Assembly: GCA_036559945.1 (NCBI GenBank)
Contig: DATBSG010000356.1
Span: forward strand, 1-56,082
Reading direction: 5' to 3'
Source of the DNA: Pyrinomonadaceae bacterium
Lineage (GTDB): Bacteria; Acidobacteriota; Blastocatellia; Pyrinomonadales; Pyrinomonadaceae
DNA length: 56,082 nucleotides
Shown: positions 45,498-55,009 of the stretch, in pieces
Layout: each line of letters opens with the position of its first letter
How positions within the stretch are numbered: position 1 is the first letter of the stretch
The notes under the pieces: generated by a model
The model's input: the letters and a program-made list of their open reading frames with translations, nothing else
Databases searched by the model: none
Told to the model about the DNA's origin: nothing
Made by a program: the position numbers and the translations under genes

Positions 45498-48400
45498 GTG
45501 AAAGTAACCAGTCGATCTAACAAAGTCGTTGGGAGTTTGCGAATCAGCTTATCGCAATTCGTACTTTCAATCTTATTCATGTGTGCTCTGGCCGGCGGCG
45601 CCACTTCAGAGCAATCCGTCTTCGAGAAGCGCGAGGCCGCATATCGCGCGAACAACATCGGCGTTGCGCTCCTGGAACAGTACAAACCGAAAGATGCGGC
45701 TGAGTCATTCCAACGCGCACTGACGATTGATCCCGGACTCAGCCTTGCGCAAATCAACCTGAGCATCGCCCTCTACTACGTTCCTGATAACGAGAATGCG
45801 AAACGCGCAGCTGAAAAAGCCCTGGCCCAGGACCCGCGCGCGCCGCAACCTCATTACATCCTGGGACTGATTGCCCGCATCGACAATCGGTTCGACGACG
45901 CAATCAAAGAATTTCAAAGCGTGCTCGCAGTCGACAATGAAGACGTCGCGACCAACGTCAACATTGGTCAGATTTACGTGCAGGAGAAGAAGAATCAGGA
46001 GGCTGCCGCGGCGTTCCGCAAAGCGCTGGCGGCTGAACCATATAACGAAACGGCCTTGTACAACCTGGGAATTGTGCTCACACGCACGGGCGCGAAAGAA
46101 GAAGGCCAGCGCGTGCTTCAGAAATTTCAGCAGTTCAGGCAAAGCGGTGCCGGCACAAGAATCGGCACAAACTATCTGGAGGGCGGCCACTACGCGGAGG
46201 CGATTGTCTCAACCGGCGCAGAAGCGGAATTGGTCGATCGCAAAACTCCAGAAGTCAAATTCATAGACGTGACCGAAACTCTCCTGCCAAGACTCGCCAA
46301 AATTTCAGGACCTGTATTTCGGGGTGCCGCGTCCAAATCTGCGACCAGCAATCTCAACGCGCGCGCGCAACCGATTGTTTTGTTCGACTATGATGGCGAT
46401 GGTGACCTTGATATCTTCGACGCTGCCGTTCCGCCGCGGTTACTAAGAAACGATGGAGGCAAATTTACCGACGTAACTGCAGGTTCGGGACTATCAGTAA
46501 GTGAAAGCCAGTACTGCGTTGCCGCCGTCGCCGGCGATTACGACAACGACGGCCGAACCGATCTGTTTGTAGCATACGGGGCGGAAAATAAGTTCGTTCT
46601 GTATCACAACGACGGCAACGGGCACTTTTCTGATCGCACAAAGCAAGCCGGCATCACGGCGTCACCCCGCGCCGGCGCGCCTTACGTTTCTGCAGCTTTC
46701 GCTGATGTCGATCATGATGGCGATCTCGACATTGTCGTGACCGGCCCATCAAACATTCTGTTTCGGAACAATGGCAATGGCACCTTCACGGACATCACTC
46801 AAGCTGCCGGTGTAAATGCCCACGATTCTCCGGCGACAGGTGCAGCCGTGGTACCAACGGATTTCGATAATCGGCGCGATGTTGATCTTTTCGTCCTCAA
46901 TCGACAGCATTCGCCGATGCTATTTCGAAACATGCGAGATGGAACATTTCGCGATGTGGCGAAGGAGACTGGTCTCGACAATGGGGAAGGATTCTGGTGC
47001 GTTGCTGCCGGAGATGTTAACAAGGACGGCTTTACGGATTTTTTCATGAGCTCTGGTGTGCGGGCCGCCTTTGCGATGAGCGACGGTCGTGGCCACTTCA
47101 AACTCTCTTCCGCGCCAGCCGCCGCGAAGGCAGCCTTGGCGGCACAGTTTCTTGATTATGACAATGACGGCCTTCTTGATCTCCTTGCAGTGACGACGCG
47201 AGGATTGCGCATGTGGCGGAATGTCGGAAACGAGTTTGTGGACGTCAGCGCCAGCGCGTTACGTGCTTTGTTTCGCAACGTCAGTGTCGTTTCTGGATTA
47301 CGCGAACCATCGGCGGGCAAAGCAGCGATGGCCTCCGGCGATGTTGATAATGATGGCGACATCGACGTGATCCTGCGTGTCCCTGATGGTGGACTGCGCA
47401 TCCTGCGCAATGAGGGTGGCAATCGGAATCGCTCAATCAAGGTCGATCTCCACGGGCACATCAGTAACCGCAGCGCTGTGGAAGCGAAGATTGAAATGCG
47501 CGCGGGCAGTCTCTATCAAAAGCTCGAAACTTACGCGGCTTCGCCGGCGCCGGCGCCTGCCGACTTAATTTTTGGCCTCGGCAAACACGACAAGCCCGAT
47601 GCCGTGCGCGTGCTTTGGCCGGCCGGAATTGTGCAAGCCGAGACCGAATTTCCTGTGGTCGGATCCGCGAACCCGGCGAGCGCAGGGTTCATTTCTCTGA
47701 ACGTCACGGAGATTGATCGAAAACCGTCGTCGTGTCCTTATCTGTACGCATGGAATGGCGATCGATTCGAGTTCATCACCGACTTCATGGGTGGAGGTGA
47801 GATGGGGTACCTGGAACAACCAGGCCACTACAACAAGCCCGACCCGGTTGAGTACGCGCGCATTCGCGGGGACCAACTGAAAGAGAAGGCTGGACAATAT
47901 GAACTGCGGGTGACGAATGAACTGGAAGAAGCGCTGTTTGTCGATCGTCTGCAGTTGCTGGTTGCAACCCATCCTGCGGGTACCGACGTTTATCCGAACG
48001 AGGGTATGAGCGATCCACCAAAGCCTTTCAAGCTCTTCACCACGAAAAACGCACGGCCACCGCTGAGCGCAGTCGATGACCAGGGCCACGACGTGCGTGA
48101 TTTGATTTCGCGTCTGGATCGCCGTTGGCCCGATGATTTCAAAACCGATCGCATTCGAGGTTATGCGGAGAAGCATTCACTCACATTGAAACTGGCAGAG
48201 CCGCGTTTGGCGAGGCGCAGGATCGCAGAAGGAGAAAAGCGGTTCGCGCCGGAAAGGGGGAGCCTTTCCGCACATCCGAGTGGCATAAGTGAAGGTAAAC
48301 TACAAGAACGCATGCTCTTACTGTTGACCGGCTGGACCGACTACGCGTGGTCCAGCGACAACGTCGCCGCCGTGCAAGCAAGAAAAGCAATGCAGCCGCC

Positions 48401-49103
48401 GAGCCTGCAACTGAAGGACAGACACGGCAACTGGCGAACAGTGATCAAGGACATTGGCATTCCGGTAGGCCGTCCGCAAACTGTGACGGTGGATCTCACT
48501 GGAAAATTCCTGAGTACCAGCCGTGACGTGCGCATCGTCACGAACATGCGGATCTACTGGGACCAGATTCTGGTCGATACGTTCAGCGGCAATTCGCCGA
48601 TGCAATTGACGCGGCTTGATCCAATTCGTGCTGAATTGCGTTGGCGCGGCTTTTCAGCCCAGACGTCGCCGGATGGTCGCGAACCGTTTGGATACAATTA
48701 TCAAAACGTTTCGTTCGCATCGCCCTGGAAAGTGATGACCGGCCGCTACACGCGCGAGGGCGATGTACGCGAGTTATTGCTGAACAGCGACGACATGTTC
48801 GTCATTTCCCGGCCCGGTGACGAAATCAGTCTCTCCTTTGACGCGGCTTCGTTGCCGCCATTGCCGCAAGGCTGGACGCGCACATTTCTGTTGTATGCCG
48901 ATGGTTTCAGTAAAGAGATGGACATCAACTCGGCCAGTCCGGATCAGCTTGCGCCATTGCCGTTTCATGGCATGAGCCGTTACCCGTATCGCTGGCCTGA
49001 ACATTATCCGCTCGATGCGAAGCATCGTAAATATTTCGAGGAGTACAACACGCGGATCATCATGGATCAGATCACAAAGCTCGAAACGATCAGCGGCAAA
49101 TAA
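45498..49103 (+). CDS. exported TPR + FG-GAP/VCBS repeat + ASPIC/UnbV domain protein (CRTAC1-like) with large unassigned C-terminal region
   Basis: The GTG start gives a signal-like N-terminus, followed by about five TPR units. There are seven Ca-binding-like FG-GAP/VCBS loops: DYDGDGDLDIF, AGDYDNDGRTDLFV, DVDHDGDLDIVV, DFDNRRDVDLFV, GDVNKDGFTDFF, DYDNDGLLDLL and GDVDNDGDIDVIL. An UnbV/ASPIC-like block follows (NRSAVEAKIEMRAG...LIFGLGKHDKPDAVRVLWPAG). About 450 further residues start at CPYLYAWNGDRFEFITDF, with no motif I can name. Confidence 0.8.
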   Translation: MKVTSRSNKVVGSLRISLSQFVLSILFMCALAGGATSEQSVFEKREAAYRANNIGVALLEQYKPKDAAESFQRALTIDPGLSLAQINLSIALYYVPDNENAKRAAEKALAQDPRAPQPHYILGLIARIDNRFDDAIKEFQSVLAVDNEDVATNVNIGQIYVQEKKNQEAAAAFRKALAAEPYNETALYNLGIVLTRTGAKEEGQRVLQKFQQFRQSGAGTRIGTNYLEGGHYAEAIVSTGAEAELVDRKTPEVKFIDVTETLLPRLAKISGPVFRGAASKSATSNLNARAQPIVLFDYDGDGDLDIFDAAVPPRLLRNDGGKFTDVTAGSGLSVSESQYCVAAVAGDYDNDGRTDLFVAYGAENKFVLYHNDGNGHFSDRTKQAGITASPRAGAPYVSAAFADVDHDGDLDIVVTGPSNILFRNNGNGTFTDITQAAGVNAHDSPATGAAVVPTDFDNRRDVDLFVLNRQHSPMLFRNMRDGTFRDVAKETGLDNGEGFWCVAAGDVNKDGFTDFFMSSGVRAAFAMSDGRGHFKLSSAPAAAKAALAAQFLDYDNDGLLDLLAVTTRGLRMWRNVGNEFVDVSASALRALFRNVSVVSGLREPSAGKAAMASGDVDNDGDIDVILRVPDGGLRILRNEGGNRNRSIKVDLHGHISNRSAVEAKIEMRAGSLYQKLETYAASPAPAPADLIFGLGKHDKPDAVRVLWPAGIVQAETEFPVVGSANPASAGFISLNVTEIDRKPSSCPYLYAWNGDRFEFITDFMGGGEMGYLEQPGHYNKPDPVEYARIRGDQLKEKAGQYELRVTNELEEALFVDRLQLLVATHPAGTDVYPNEGMSDPPKPFKLFTTKNARPPLSAVDDQGHDVRDLISRLDRRWPDDFKTDRIRGYAEKHSLTLKLAEPRLARRRIAEGEKRFAPERGSLSAHPSGISEGKLQERMLLLLTGWTDYAWSSDNVAAVQARKAMQPPSLQLKDRHGNWRTVIKDIGIPVGRPQTVTVDLTGKFLSTSRDVRIVTNMRIYWDQILVDTFSGNSPMQLTRLDPIRAELRWRGFSAQTSPDGREPFGYNYQNVSFASPWKVMTGRYTREGDVRELLLNSDDMFVISRPGDEISLSFDAASLPPLPQGWTRTFLLYADGFSKEMDINSASPDQLAPLPFHGMSRYPYRWPEHYPLDAKHRKYFEEYNTRIIMDQITKLETISGK

Positions 49104-51424
49104 TGTTGAGCGCGGCTTTAGCACTACCGGAGAATTCGGCTCTAATACGAACGGTGAGCCGAATATTTTTCCATATGGCCGCGACGGCGGTAATCATTCT
49201 CGCGTCTTGCGTCCTCGGCGTTGGTCAAACTCAATCTCCAACCCTTGATCCGAGAATTGCTTCGACACCGGAAAAAGAGGTTGCCATCACGATTGATGAC
49301 GTGCCGCTGAACGGTCAGCGTATCGAGATCGACAGACTACGTTCGATGACGGGCAGGCTTCTCGAAGGAATTCAGCGTCAGAAGATCCCGGTTGTGGGCT
49401 TCGTAAATGAATCGCTCCTTTATGTTCCCGGCGAAACGGATGCGCGCATTGGTCTGTTGCGGCAGTGGGCCAACGCAGGTGTCGAGCTGGGTAATCACAC
49501 TTTCGCGCACGTCGGTTTCAAGGATACGCCCATCGCTCAATATGAAGATGACTTTGTGCGTGGCGACACCATCACACGAGGGGTCATAAAGGAAAAAGGC
49601 CTCAAGCCGCGCTACTTTCGTCATCCGTTTTTGCAGATGGGGCCAACGCTTGAGCTGGAACAATCATTCGAGAAGTTCATTGCCGAACGTGGTTACAGAA
49701 CAGCGCCGGTCACAATCGATATCCTTGATTGGATGTTTCGCGTCGCGTATGCCAATGCGATCACTCAGCCCGATGCAGAGCAGGCGAAGAGAGTCGCCGC
49801 CGAATATTTGAAATTTGCCGACCTCAAACTTGATTTCTGCGAACGAGTCACTAGTGAATTATTCGGGCGCCCAATCAAACACATCCTGCTACTGCACGCC
49901 AACGAACTCAACGCCGACAATTTCGATCAATTGATCGGCGTCTTCAAGTCGAGAGGTTATCGATTCATCACGCTCGAAGAGGCGTTAACAGATCCTGTTT
50001 ACAAATTTCCTGACAAGTATCTCCCGACGTCTGACTGGTTAGGCCATTGGGCATTCAGTCAAGGCAAGACTTTCGTCGCGCCGAAGGCGCCGGAGTTCAT
50101 TCAAAGGATCTGGGACCAGAATCAGGCCGCGCCGCCTCCGGTTGAACTGACAGCTGAACAGGATCATAAGCTGATGAGGGATCAACTGCACATCACTTCG
50201 CTGCGGCCGGGCGCTAATCCGAATGATCCGAATGCGCCAAATGCGGTGAACTATGAGGAGGCGAAAGCTAATCCTTATCCAAATCTGCCCGACCCGCTCT
50301 TGTTAAAGAACGGTAAGCGTGTCACGACAGCAAAGGAATGGTGGAATCAGCGGCGGCCGGAGATCATCGAAGACTTTGATCGCGAAGTTTATGGGCGCGT
50401 CCCAAAGATTACGCCGAAAGTAAATTGGCAAATCACCAGCACGACCAACGAGAAAAACAGCGACGTGCCGGTTATCGTCAAGCAGCTTGTGGGCCATGTC
50501 GATGATTCTTCTTATCCGGCAATCACAGTCGACCTTCAGTTGACGCTAACCACGCCAGCTAACGCCGCTGGCCCAGTACCGGTCATTATGGAATTTGGTT
50601 TCGTATTCCCGCCGGGCTTCCGTCCGCCGGCGGCGCCACTCGGCGCGCCAACACAGACTGGGCCGACGTGGCAGCAGCAACTGCTGGCGAAAGGTTGGGG
50701 CTACGCGATTCTGATTCCGACCAGCTATCAGGCTGACAATGGCGCCGGGCTGACTAAAGGAATCATTGGACTCTGCAACAAAGGCCAACCGCGTAAGCCC
50801 GACGATTGGGGAGCGTTGCGCGCGTGGGCGTGGGGCGCAAGCCGTGCATTGGATTATTTCGAAACTGATAAGTCGGTCGATGCCAAGCGCGTTGGCATCG
50901 AAGGCCTGTCGCGTTACGGCAAGGCGGCGCTGGTTACAATGGCTTACGATCAGCGCTTTGCGATTGGATTTATCGGCTCGTCAGGCGAGGGCGGTGCGAA
51001 GCTCCACCGTCGCAATTTCGGTGAGCTGGTCGAGAATCTTGCCGGAACAGGCGAATACCACTGGATGGCCGGCAACTTTCTGAAGTACGCAGCTCCACTC
51101 ACGCCGAATGACCTGCCCGTGGATTCGCACGAGCTGATCGCGCTGTGCGCGCCGCGGCCGGTCTTCATCAGCGCCGGCTCGCCCAAAGTTGAAGGCCAGT
51201 GGGTGGATGCGAAGGGCATGTTCATGGCAGCGGTCGCGGCCGGGCCGGTTTATCATCTGCTTGGCAAGAAGGATCTGGGCATGACAGAGTTTCCGCCGAT
51301 AGAGACTGCTTTGATTGACGGCGACGTTGCTTTTCGACAGCACAGCGGCGGACATACGACGGGCCCTAACTGGCCCAAGTTTATTACGTTTGCGAGTCGG
51401 TATTTCGATCACACACGCAACTGA
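49103..51424 (+). CDS. bifunctional carbohydrate esterase: CE4 polysaccharide-deacetylase domain + CE15 glucuronoyl-esterase-like domain
   Basis: The ATG overlaps the upstream stop (TAATG). NodB/CE4 motifs are present: ITIDDVP, GNHTFAH and FRHPFL. The C-terminal domain carries the CE15 nucleophile motif GLSRYGKAA (GxSRxGK; Ser codon at 50909-50911), LRAWAWGASRALDY and a terminal HSGGHT (His). An alternative ATG lies at 49175. Confidence 0.75.
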   Translation: MLSAALALPENSALIRTVSRIFFHMAATAVIILASCVLGVGQTQSPTLDPRIASTPEKEVAITIDDVPLNGQRIEIDRLRSMTGRLLEGIQRQKIPVVGFVNESLLYVPGETDARIGLLRQWANAGVELGNHTFAHVGFKDTPIAQYEDDFVRGDTITRGVIKEKGLKPRYFRHPFLQMGPTLELEQSFEKFIAERGYRTAPVTIDILDWMFRVAYANAITQPDAEQAKRVAAEYLKFADLKLDFCERVTSELFGRPIKHILLLHANELNADNFDQLIGVFKSRGYRFITLEEALTDPVYKFPDKYLPTSDWLGHWAFSQGKTFVAPKAPEFIQRIWDQNQAAPPPVELTAEQDHKLMRDQLHITSLRPGANPNDPNAPNAVNYEEAKANPYPNLPDPLLLKNGKRVTTAKEWWNQRRPEIIEDFDREVYGRVPKITPKVNWQITSTTNEKNSDVPVIVKQLVGHVDDSSYPAITVDLQLTLTTPANAAGPVPVIMEFGFVFPPGFRPPAAPLGAPTQTGPTWQQQLLAKGWGYAILIPTSYQADNGAGLTKGIIGLCNKGQPRKPDDWGALRAWAWGASRALDYFETDKSVDAKRVGIEGLSRYGKAALVTMAYDQRFAIGFIGSSGEGGAKLHRRNFGELVENLAGTGEYHWMAGNFLKYAAPLTPNDLPVDSHELIALCAPRPVFISAGSPKVEGQWVDAKGMFMAAVAAGPVYHLLGKKDLGMTEFPPIETALIDGDVAFRQHSGGHTTGPNWPKFITFASRYFDHTRN

Positions 51425-51442
51425 ATCGTTCATAGAAAAAAA

Positions 51443-53608
51443 GTGAATTCGTCAACGAGTCAAGGATATCGAGGTCCACTCCTGCTTTCGACTGTTGCGA
51501 TCATTTGCTTCTTCACGGCCGTGAGAGCCGAAGACGGTTATCGCCTTTGGCTGCGTTACGATCCGCTCCCGACTTCGAGTGCCAAATCATATCGAGCTCG
51601 CATCCGATCAATTATGATTCCGGGCGATTCCTCCACAATCGCGGCAGCTCGCACAGAGCTCCGCAACGGTTGTGCGGGATTGTTGGGTGCGCCAATATCT
51701 TTAACGACCCGGATTGAAAGTGATGGCGTGATTCTCTTGGGCACACCTCGAACTTCAAATGACATTGCTTCATTACATTTGGACCGACAGCTTGCCGCAC
51801 TCGGTTCGGAAGGTTTCATCATTCGTCCGGCCCAGATGAAGAATCACGCGGTTATCGTAATCGCTTCGCAGGCCGAAGTCGGCGCACTTTACGGAGCGTT
51901 TCATTTTCTGCGACTCCTGCAGACGCTGCAGCCGATTGATTCACTAAATATCGCGGAGAAGCCACGCTTACAACTGCGGGTACTGGATCACTGGGACAAC
52001 CTGGATGGCACCATCGAACGAGGTTACGCCGGGCGGTCGCTGTGGTATTGGCAGGAGCTACCCGACAAAGTCGATCCGCGGCTGATCGATTATGCGCGCG
52101 CGAATGCTTCGATAGGAATCAACGGCGCAACTCTCAATAATGTGAACGCTGATGCGCGCATTCTCAGCACTGAATACCTACGCAAAGTTGCCGCCATCGC
52201 CGACGCGTTCCGGCCTTACAGCATTCGCGTTTATCTTTCAGCCCGCTTCTCTGCCCCAATTGAATTGGGTGGTTTGAAAACTGCCGACCCGCTCGAGTCC
52301 GACGTTCGGGAATGGTGGAAGGCGAAAGCCGACGAGATTTACCGGTTAATTCCTGATTTCGGCGGGTTCCTCATTAAGGCAAATAGTGAAGGCCAGCCAG
52401 GTCCGCAGACGTACAATCGCACGCATGCTGACGGCGCAAACATGTTGGCCGCTGCGCTCGCACCGCATCACGGCGTGGTAATCTGGCGCGCGTTTGTTTA
52501 CAACGCGAAGCCAGGTTATGACCGCGCGGGAGCGGCATATGCCGAGCTTCAACCCTTCGAGGGAAAGTTCGCTCCAAACGTTTTGCTGCAGGTCAAGAAT
52601 GGCCCGATCGACTTTCAGCCGCGCGAGCCGTTTCATCCCTTGTTTGGCGCAATGCCCAAAACCCAGCTCATGCCTGAGTTTCAGATCACGCAGGAGTATC
52701 TGGGTGCTTCAAATCATCTCGTGTTTCTGGCGCCGATGTGGCGCGAGTTCCTTGATTCGGATACGTACGCGAAGGGGCGCGGCTCGACTGTAAGCAAAGT
52801 CGTCGACGGCACTCTGTATCATCAGAAATTAACCGGCATCGCCGGTGTCGCAAATACCGGTTCAGATCGCAACTGGTGCGGTCATCATTTCGCCCAAGCT
52901 AACTGGTACGCGTTTGGCCGGCTAGCGTGGAATCCCAACCTTTCGTCGCGCCAAATCGCCAGCGAGTGGATCGCTATGACGTTTACGTATGATCCAAAGG
53001 CAAGTGAAACAGTCGCGCGTATCATGCTCGAATCGCGCGACGCCGTGGTCGATTACATGACTCCTCTGGGCTTGCATCATCTGTTTTGGGGAGGCCATCA
53101 TTACGGCCCTGCGCCGTGGTGGAACAGCGAGCCGCGCGCAGACTGGAATCCGGTTTACTTTCATCGCGCTGACGCTTACGGAATCGGCTTTGATCGCACG
53201 GCAACGGGAAGCAATACCGTCACGCAATACCATCATCCCGTCAGCGATCAATTTGCGAACCTCAACACGTGTCCGGAAAAGTTTCTGCTGTGGTTTCACC
53301 ACCTAGCGTGGCAACATCACATGCGTTCCGGAAGAACTCTCTGGGACCAGTTGGCGCTTCATTATGAGCAGGGCGTGCACTGGGTGCGCGCCACTCGGAA
53401 ATCCTGGGACGCTCTGAAGGAAAAAACGGATCCCGAGCGCTACCAGGCAGTGGCTAAAAAGTTGTCCATTCAGGAACGTGACGCGATCGTCTGGCGTGAT
53501 GCGTGTCTGGTTTACTTCCAGACGTTTTCGAAGCGCCCATTGCCCGCAGGTGTCGAGAAACCGGCGAAAAGTTTAGAAGAGTACAAGGCGAAGAGCCTCT
53601 TAAATTGA
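51443..53608 (+). CDS. aguA: glycoside hydrolase family 67 alpha-glucuronidase
   Basis: [10 protein letters not shown] near the N-terminus is the GH67 hallmark. Also contains [42 protein letters not shown] and EFQITQEY. The start is GTG at 51443, with a signal-like segment. Confidence 0.9.
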   Translation: MNSSTSQGYRGPLLLSTVAIICFFTAVRAEDGYRLWLRYDPLPTSSAKSYRARIRSIMIPGDSSTIAAARTELRNGCAGLLGAPISLTTRIESDGVILLGTPRTSNDIASLHLDRQLAALGSEGFIIRPAQMKNHAVIVIASQAEVGALYGAFHFLRLLQTLQPIDSLNIAEKPRLQLRVLDHWDNLDGTIERGYAGRSLWYWQELPDKVDPRLIDYARANASIGINGATLNNVNADARILSTEYLRKVAAIADAFRPYSIRVYLSARFSAPIELGGLKTADPLESDVREWWKAKADEIYRLIPDFGGFLIKANSEGQPGPQTYNRTHADGANMLAAALAPHHGVVIWRAFVYNAKPGYDRAGAAYAELQPFEGKFAPNVLLQVKNGPIDFQPREPFHPLFGAMPKTQLMPEFQITQEYLGASNHLVFLAPMWREFLDSDTYAKGRGSTVSKVVDGTLYHQKLTGIAGVANTGSDRNWCGHHFAQANWYAFGRLAWNPNLSSRQIASEWIAMTFTYDPKASETVARIMLESRDAVVDYMTPLGLHHLFWGGHHYGPAPWWNSEPRADWNPVYFHRADAYGIGFDRTATGSNTVTQYHHPVSDQFANLNTCPEKFLLWFHHLAWQHHMRSGRTLWDQLALHYEQGVHWVRATRKSWDALKEKTDPERYQAVAKKLSIQERDAIVWRDACLVYFQTFSKRPLPAGVEKPAKSLEEYKAKSLLN

Positions 53609-53640
53609 ATCATTGGTTCATTGATTCAATGAACAATGAT
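53609..53640. promoter_or_regulatory. AT-rich 14-bp-stem palindrome/hairpin embedded in a CAATGA repeat array, between GH67 and the enolase-family gene
   Basis: ATCATTG(G)TTCATTG-ATT-CAATGAACAATGAT pairs 53609-53623 with 53627-53640, with one bulged G. CAATGA or its complement occurs at 53610, 53618, 53627, 53634 and 53642, and CAATG at 53650, which overlaps the ATG at 53652. Confidence 0.4.
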
Positions 53641-53651
53641 CCAATGAAGCA

Positions 53652-54902
53652 ATGCGTATGAAAATCGTCGACATCAGGCCGACAACTGTCACCGTTCCGC
53701 TTGAGGCGCCACTGCGTCATGCAAATGGCTGCCATTGGGGGCGATTCGTGCGCACGATTGTCGAAATTGAAACGGACGACGGACTAATCGGCCTCGGCGA
53801 AATGGGCGGTGGTGGTGAATCTGCCGAAGCCGTCTTTCGGACAATGAAATCCTATATGGTCGGGCACGATCCGGCGCGGCTTGAGGAACTACGTTTTTTG
53901 ATTGCAAATCCAACTGCTTCGCTTTACAACAACCGGACGCAGATACTAGCCGCGGTTGAATTCGCCTGTCTCGACATCCTCGGCCAGAAATGGGGTGTGC
54001 CCATTTCGGAAATTCTGGGCGGCCGTTTGCGGGATCGCGTACCCTTTGCTTCATATCTCTTTTTTCGCTATGCGCATGGGAGAGATGGAACCGGCGAAGT
54101 TCGCACTATCGATCAATTGATCATGCACGGGCAAGAGCTGAAACGGCGTTATGGCTTCACCTCTCACAAGCTGAAAGGCGGAGTCTTTCCGCCAGAGTAC
54201 GAGCTCGAATGCTATCGCACGCTGGCAGCGGAACTCTATGGCGATCGGTTTCGCTTCGATCCCAATGCCGTCTGGTCGACCGAGACTTCCATCTGGTTCG
54301 CACAACATATCGAAAATCTGCGGAATGACTATCTTGAAGATCCGGTCTTTGGCATGAACGGAATGCGACGCGTGCGCGAGAAGGTGCGATTGCCACTGGC
54401 GACAAACACGATCGTTGTTAATTTTGAACAGCTTGCCGCGAATGTACTGGACACAGCGGTGGATGTAATACTGTTGGATACAACTTTTTGGGGCGGCATT
54501 CGGCCGTGCGTCAAGGCAGCCGCCGTGTGTGAGGCGTTCCAGCTTGGGGTGGGCGTGCATTCATCCGGCGAATTAGGGATTCAGCTTGCGACGATGCTGC
54601 ATCTCGGCGCGGTAATTCCGAACCTGTCGTTCGCGGCTGATGCTCATTACCATCAACTGAAAGACGACATTATTCAGGGCGGCAAGTTCACGTACCAGGA
54701 TGGAGACATCGCCGTGCCGACGACACCCGGCCTGGGTGTGAAGTTGGATCAAGACAAGCTGGCCGAATATTCAGAGCTATATCAGCGGCTCGGTCCATAT
54801 CCATACGATCAAGACCCGCTCAGACCCGGATGGACGCCGACGATTCCAAATGATCGCTGGGCCGATCCAACGGATGCTCGGCAGCCCGAAATTGCTCTCT
54901 GA
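53652..54902 (+). CDS. enolase-superfamily enzyme, glucarate dehydratase (GudD/GudX)-like
   Basis: Colinear by eye with E. coli GudD motifs: [56 protein letters not shown] and the C-terminal RPGWT. ATG at 53652 or 53658. Confidence 0.8.
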   Translation: MRMKIVDIRPTTVTVPLEAPLRHANGCHWGRFVRTIVEIETDDGLIGLGEMGGGGESAEAVFRTMKSYMVGHDPARLEELRFLIANPTASLYNNRTQILAAVEFACLDILGQKWGVPISEILGGRLRDRVPFASYLFFRYAHGRDGTGEVRTIDQLIMHGQELKRRYGFTSHKLKGGVFPPEYELECYRTLAAELYGDRFRFDPNAVWSTETSIWFAQHIENLRNDYLEDPVFGMNGMRRVREKVRLPLATNTIVVNFEQLAANVLDTAVDVILLDTTFWGGIRPCVKAAAVCEAFQLGVGVHSSGELGIQLATMLHLGAVIPNLSFAADAHYHQLKDDIIQGGKFTYQDGDIAVPTTPGLGVKLDQDKLAEYSELYQRLGPYPYDQDPLRPGWTPTIPNDRWADPTDARQPEIAL

Positions 54903-55009
54903 AGAAAACAACCAAAACATGATCGCGCGGCTTCGCGACTAGCGAGTGGTAACCGGGCAGTAAACATTCTTGGCTAAGCAATAATTTTATTCCTGAAGGT
55001 ACTTTCAAG

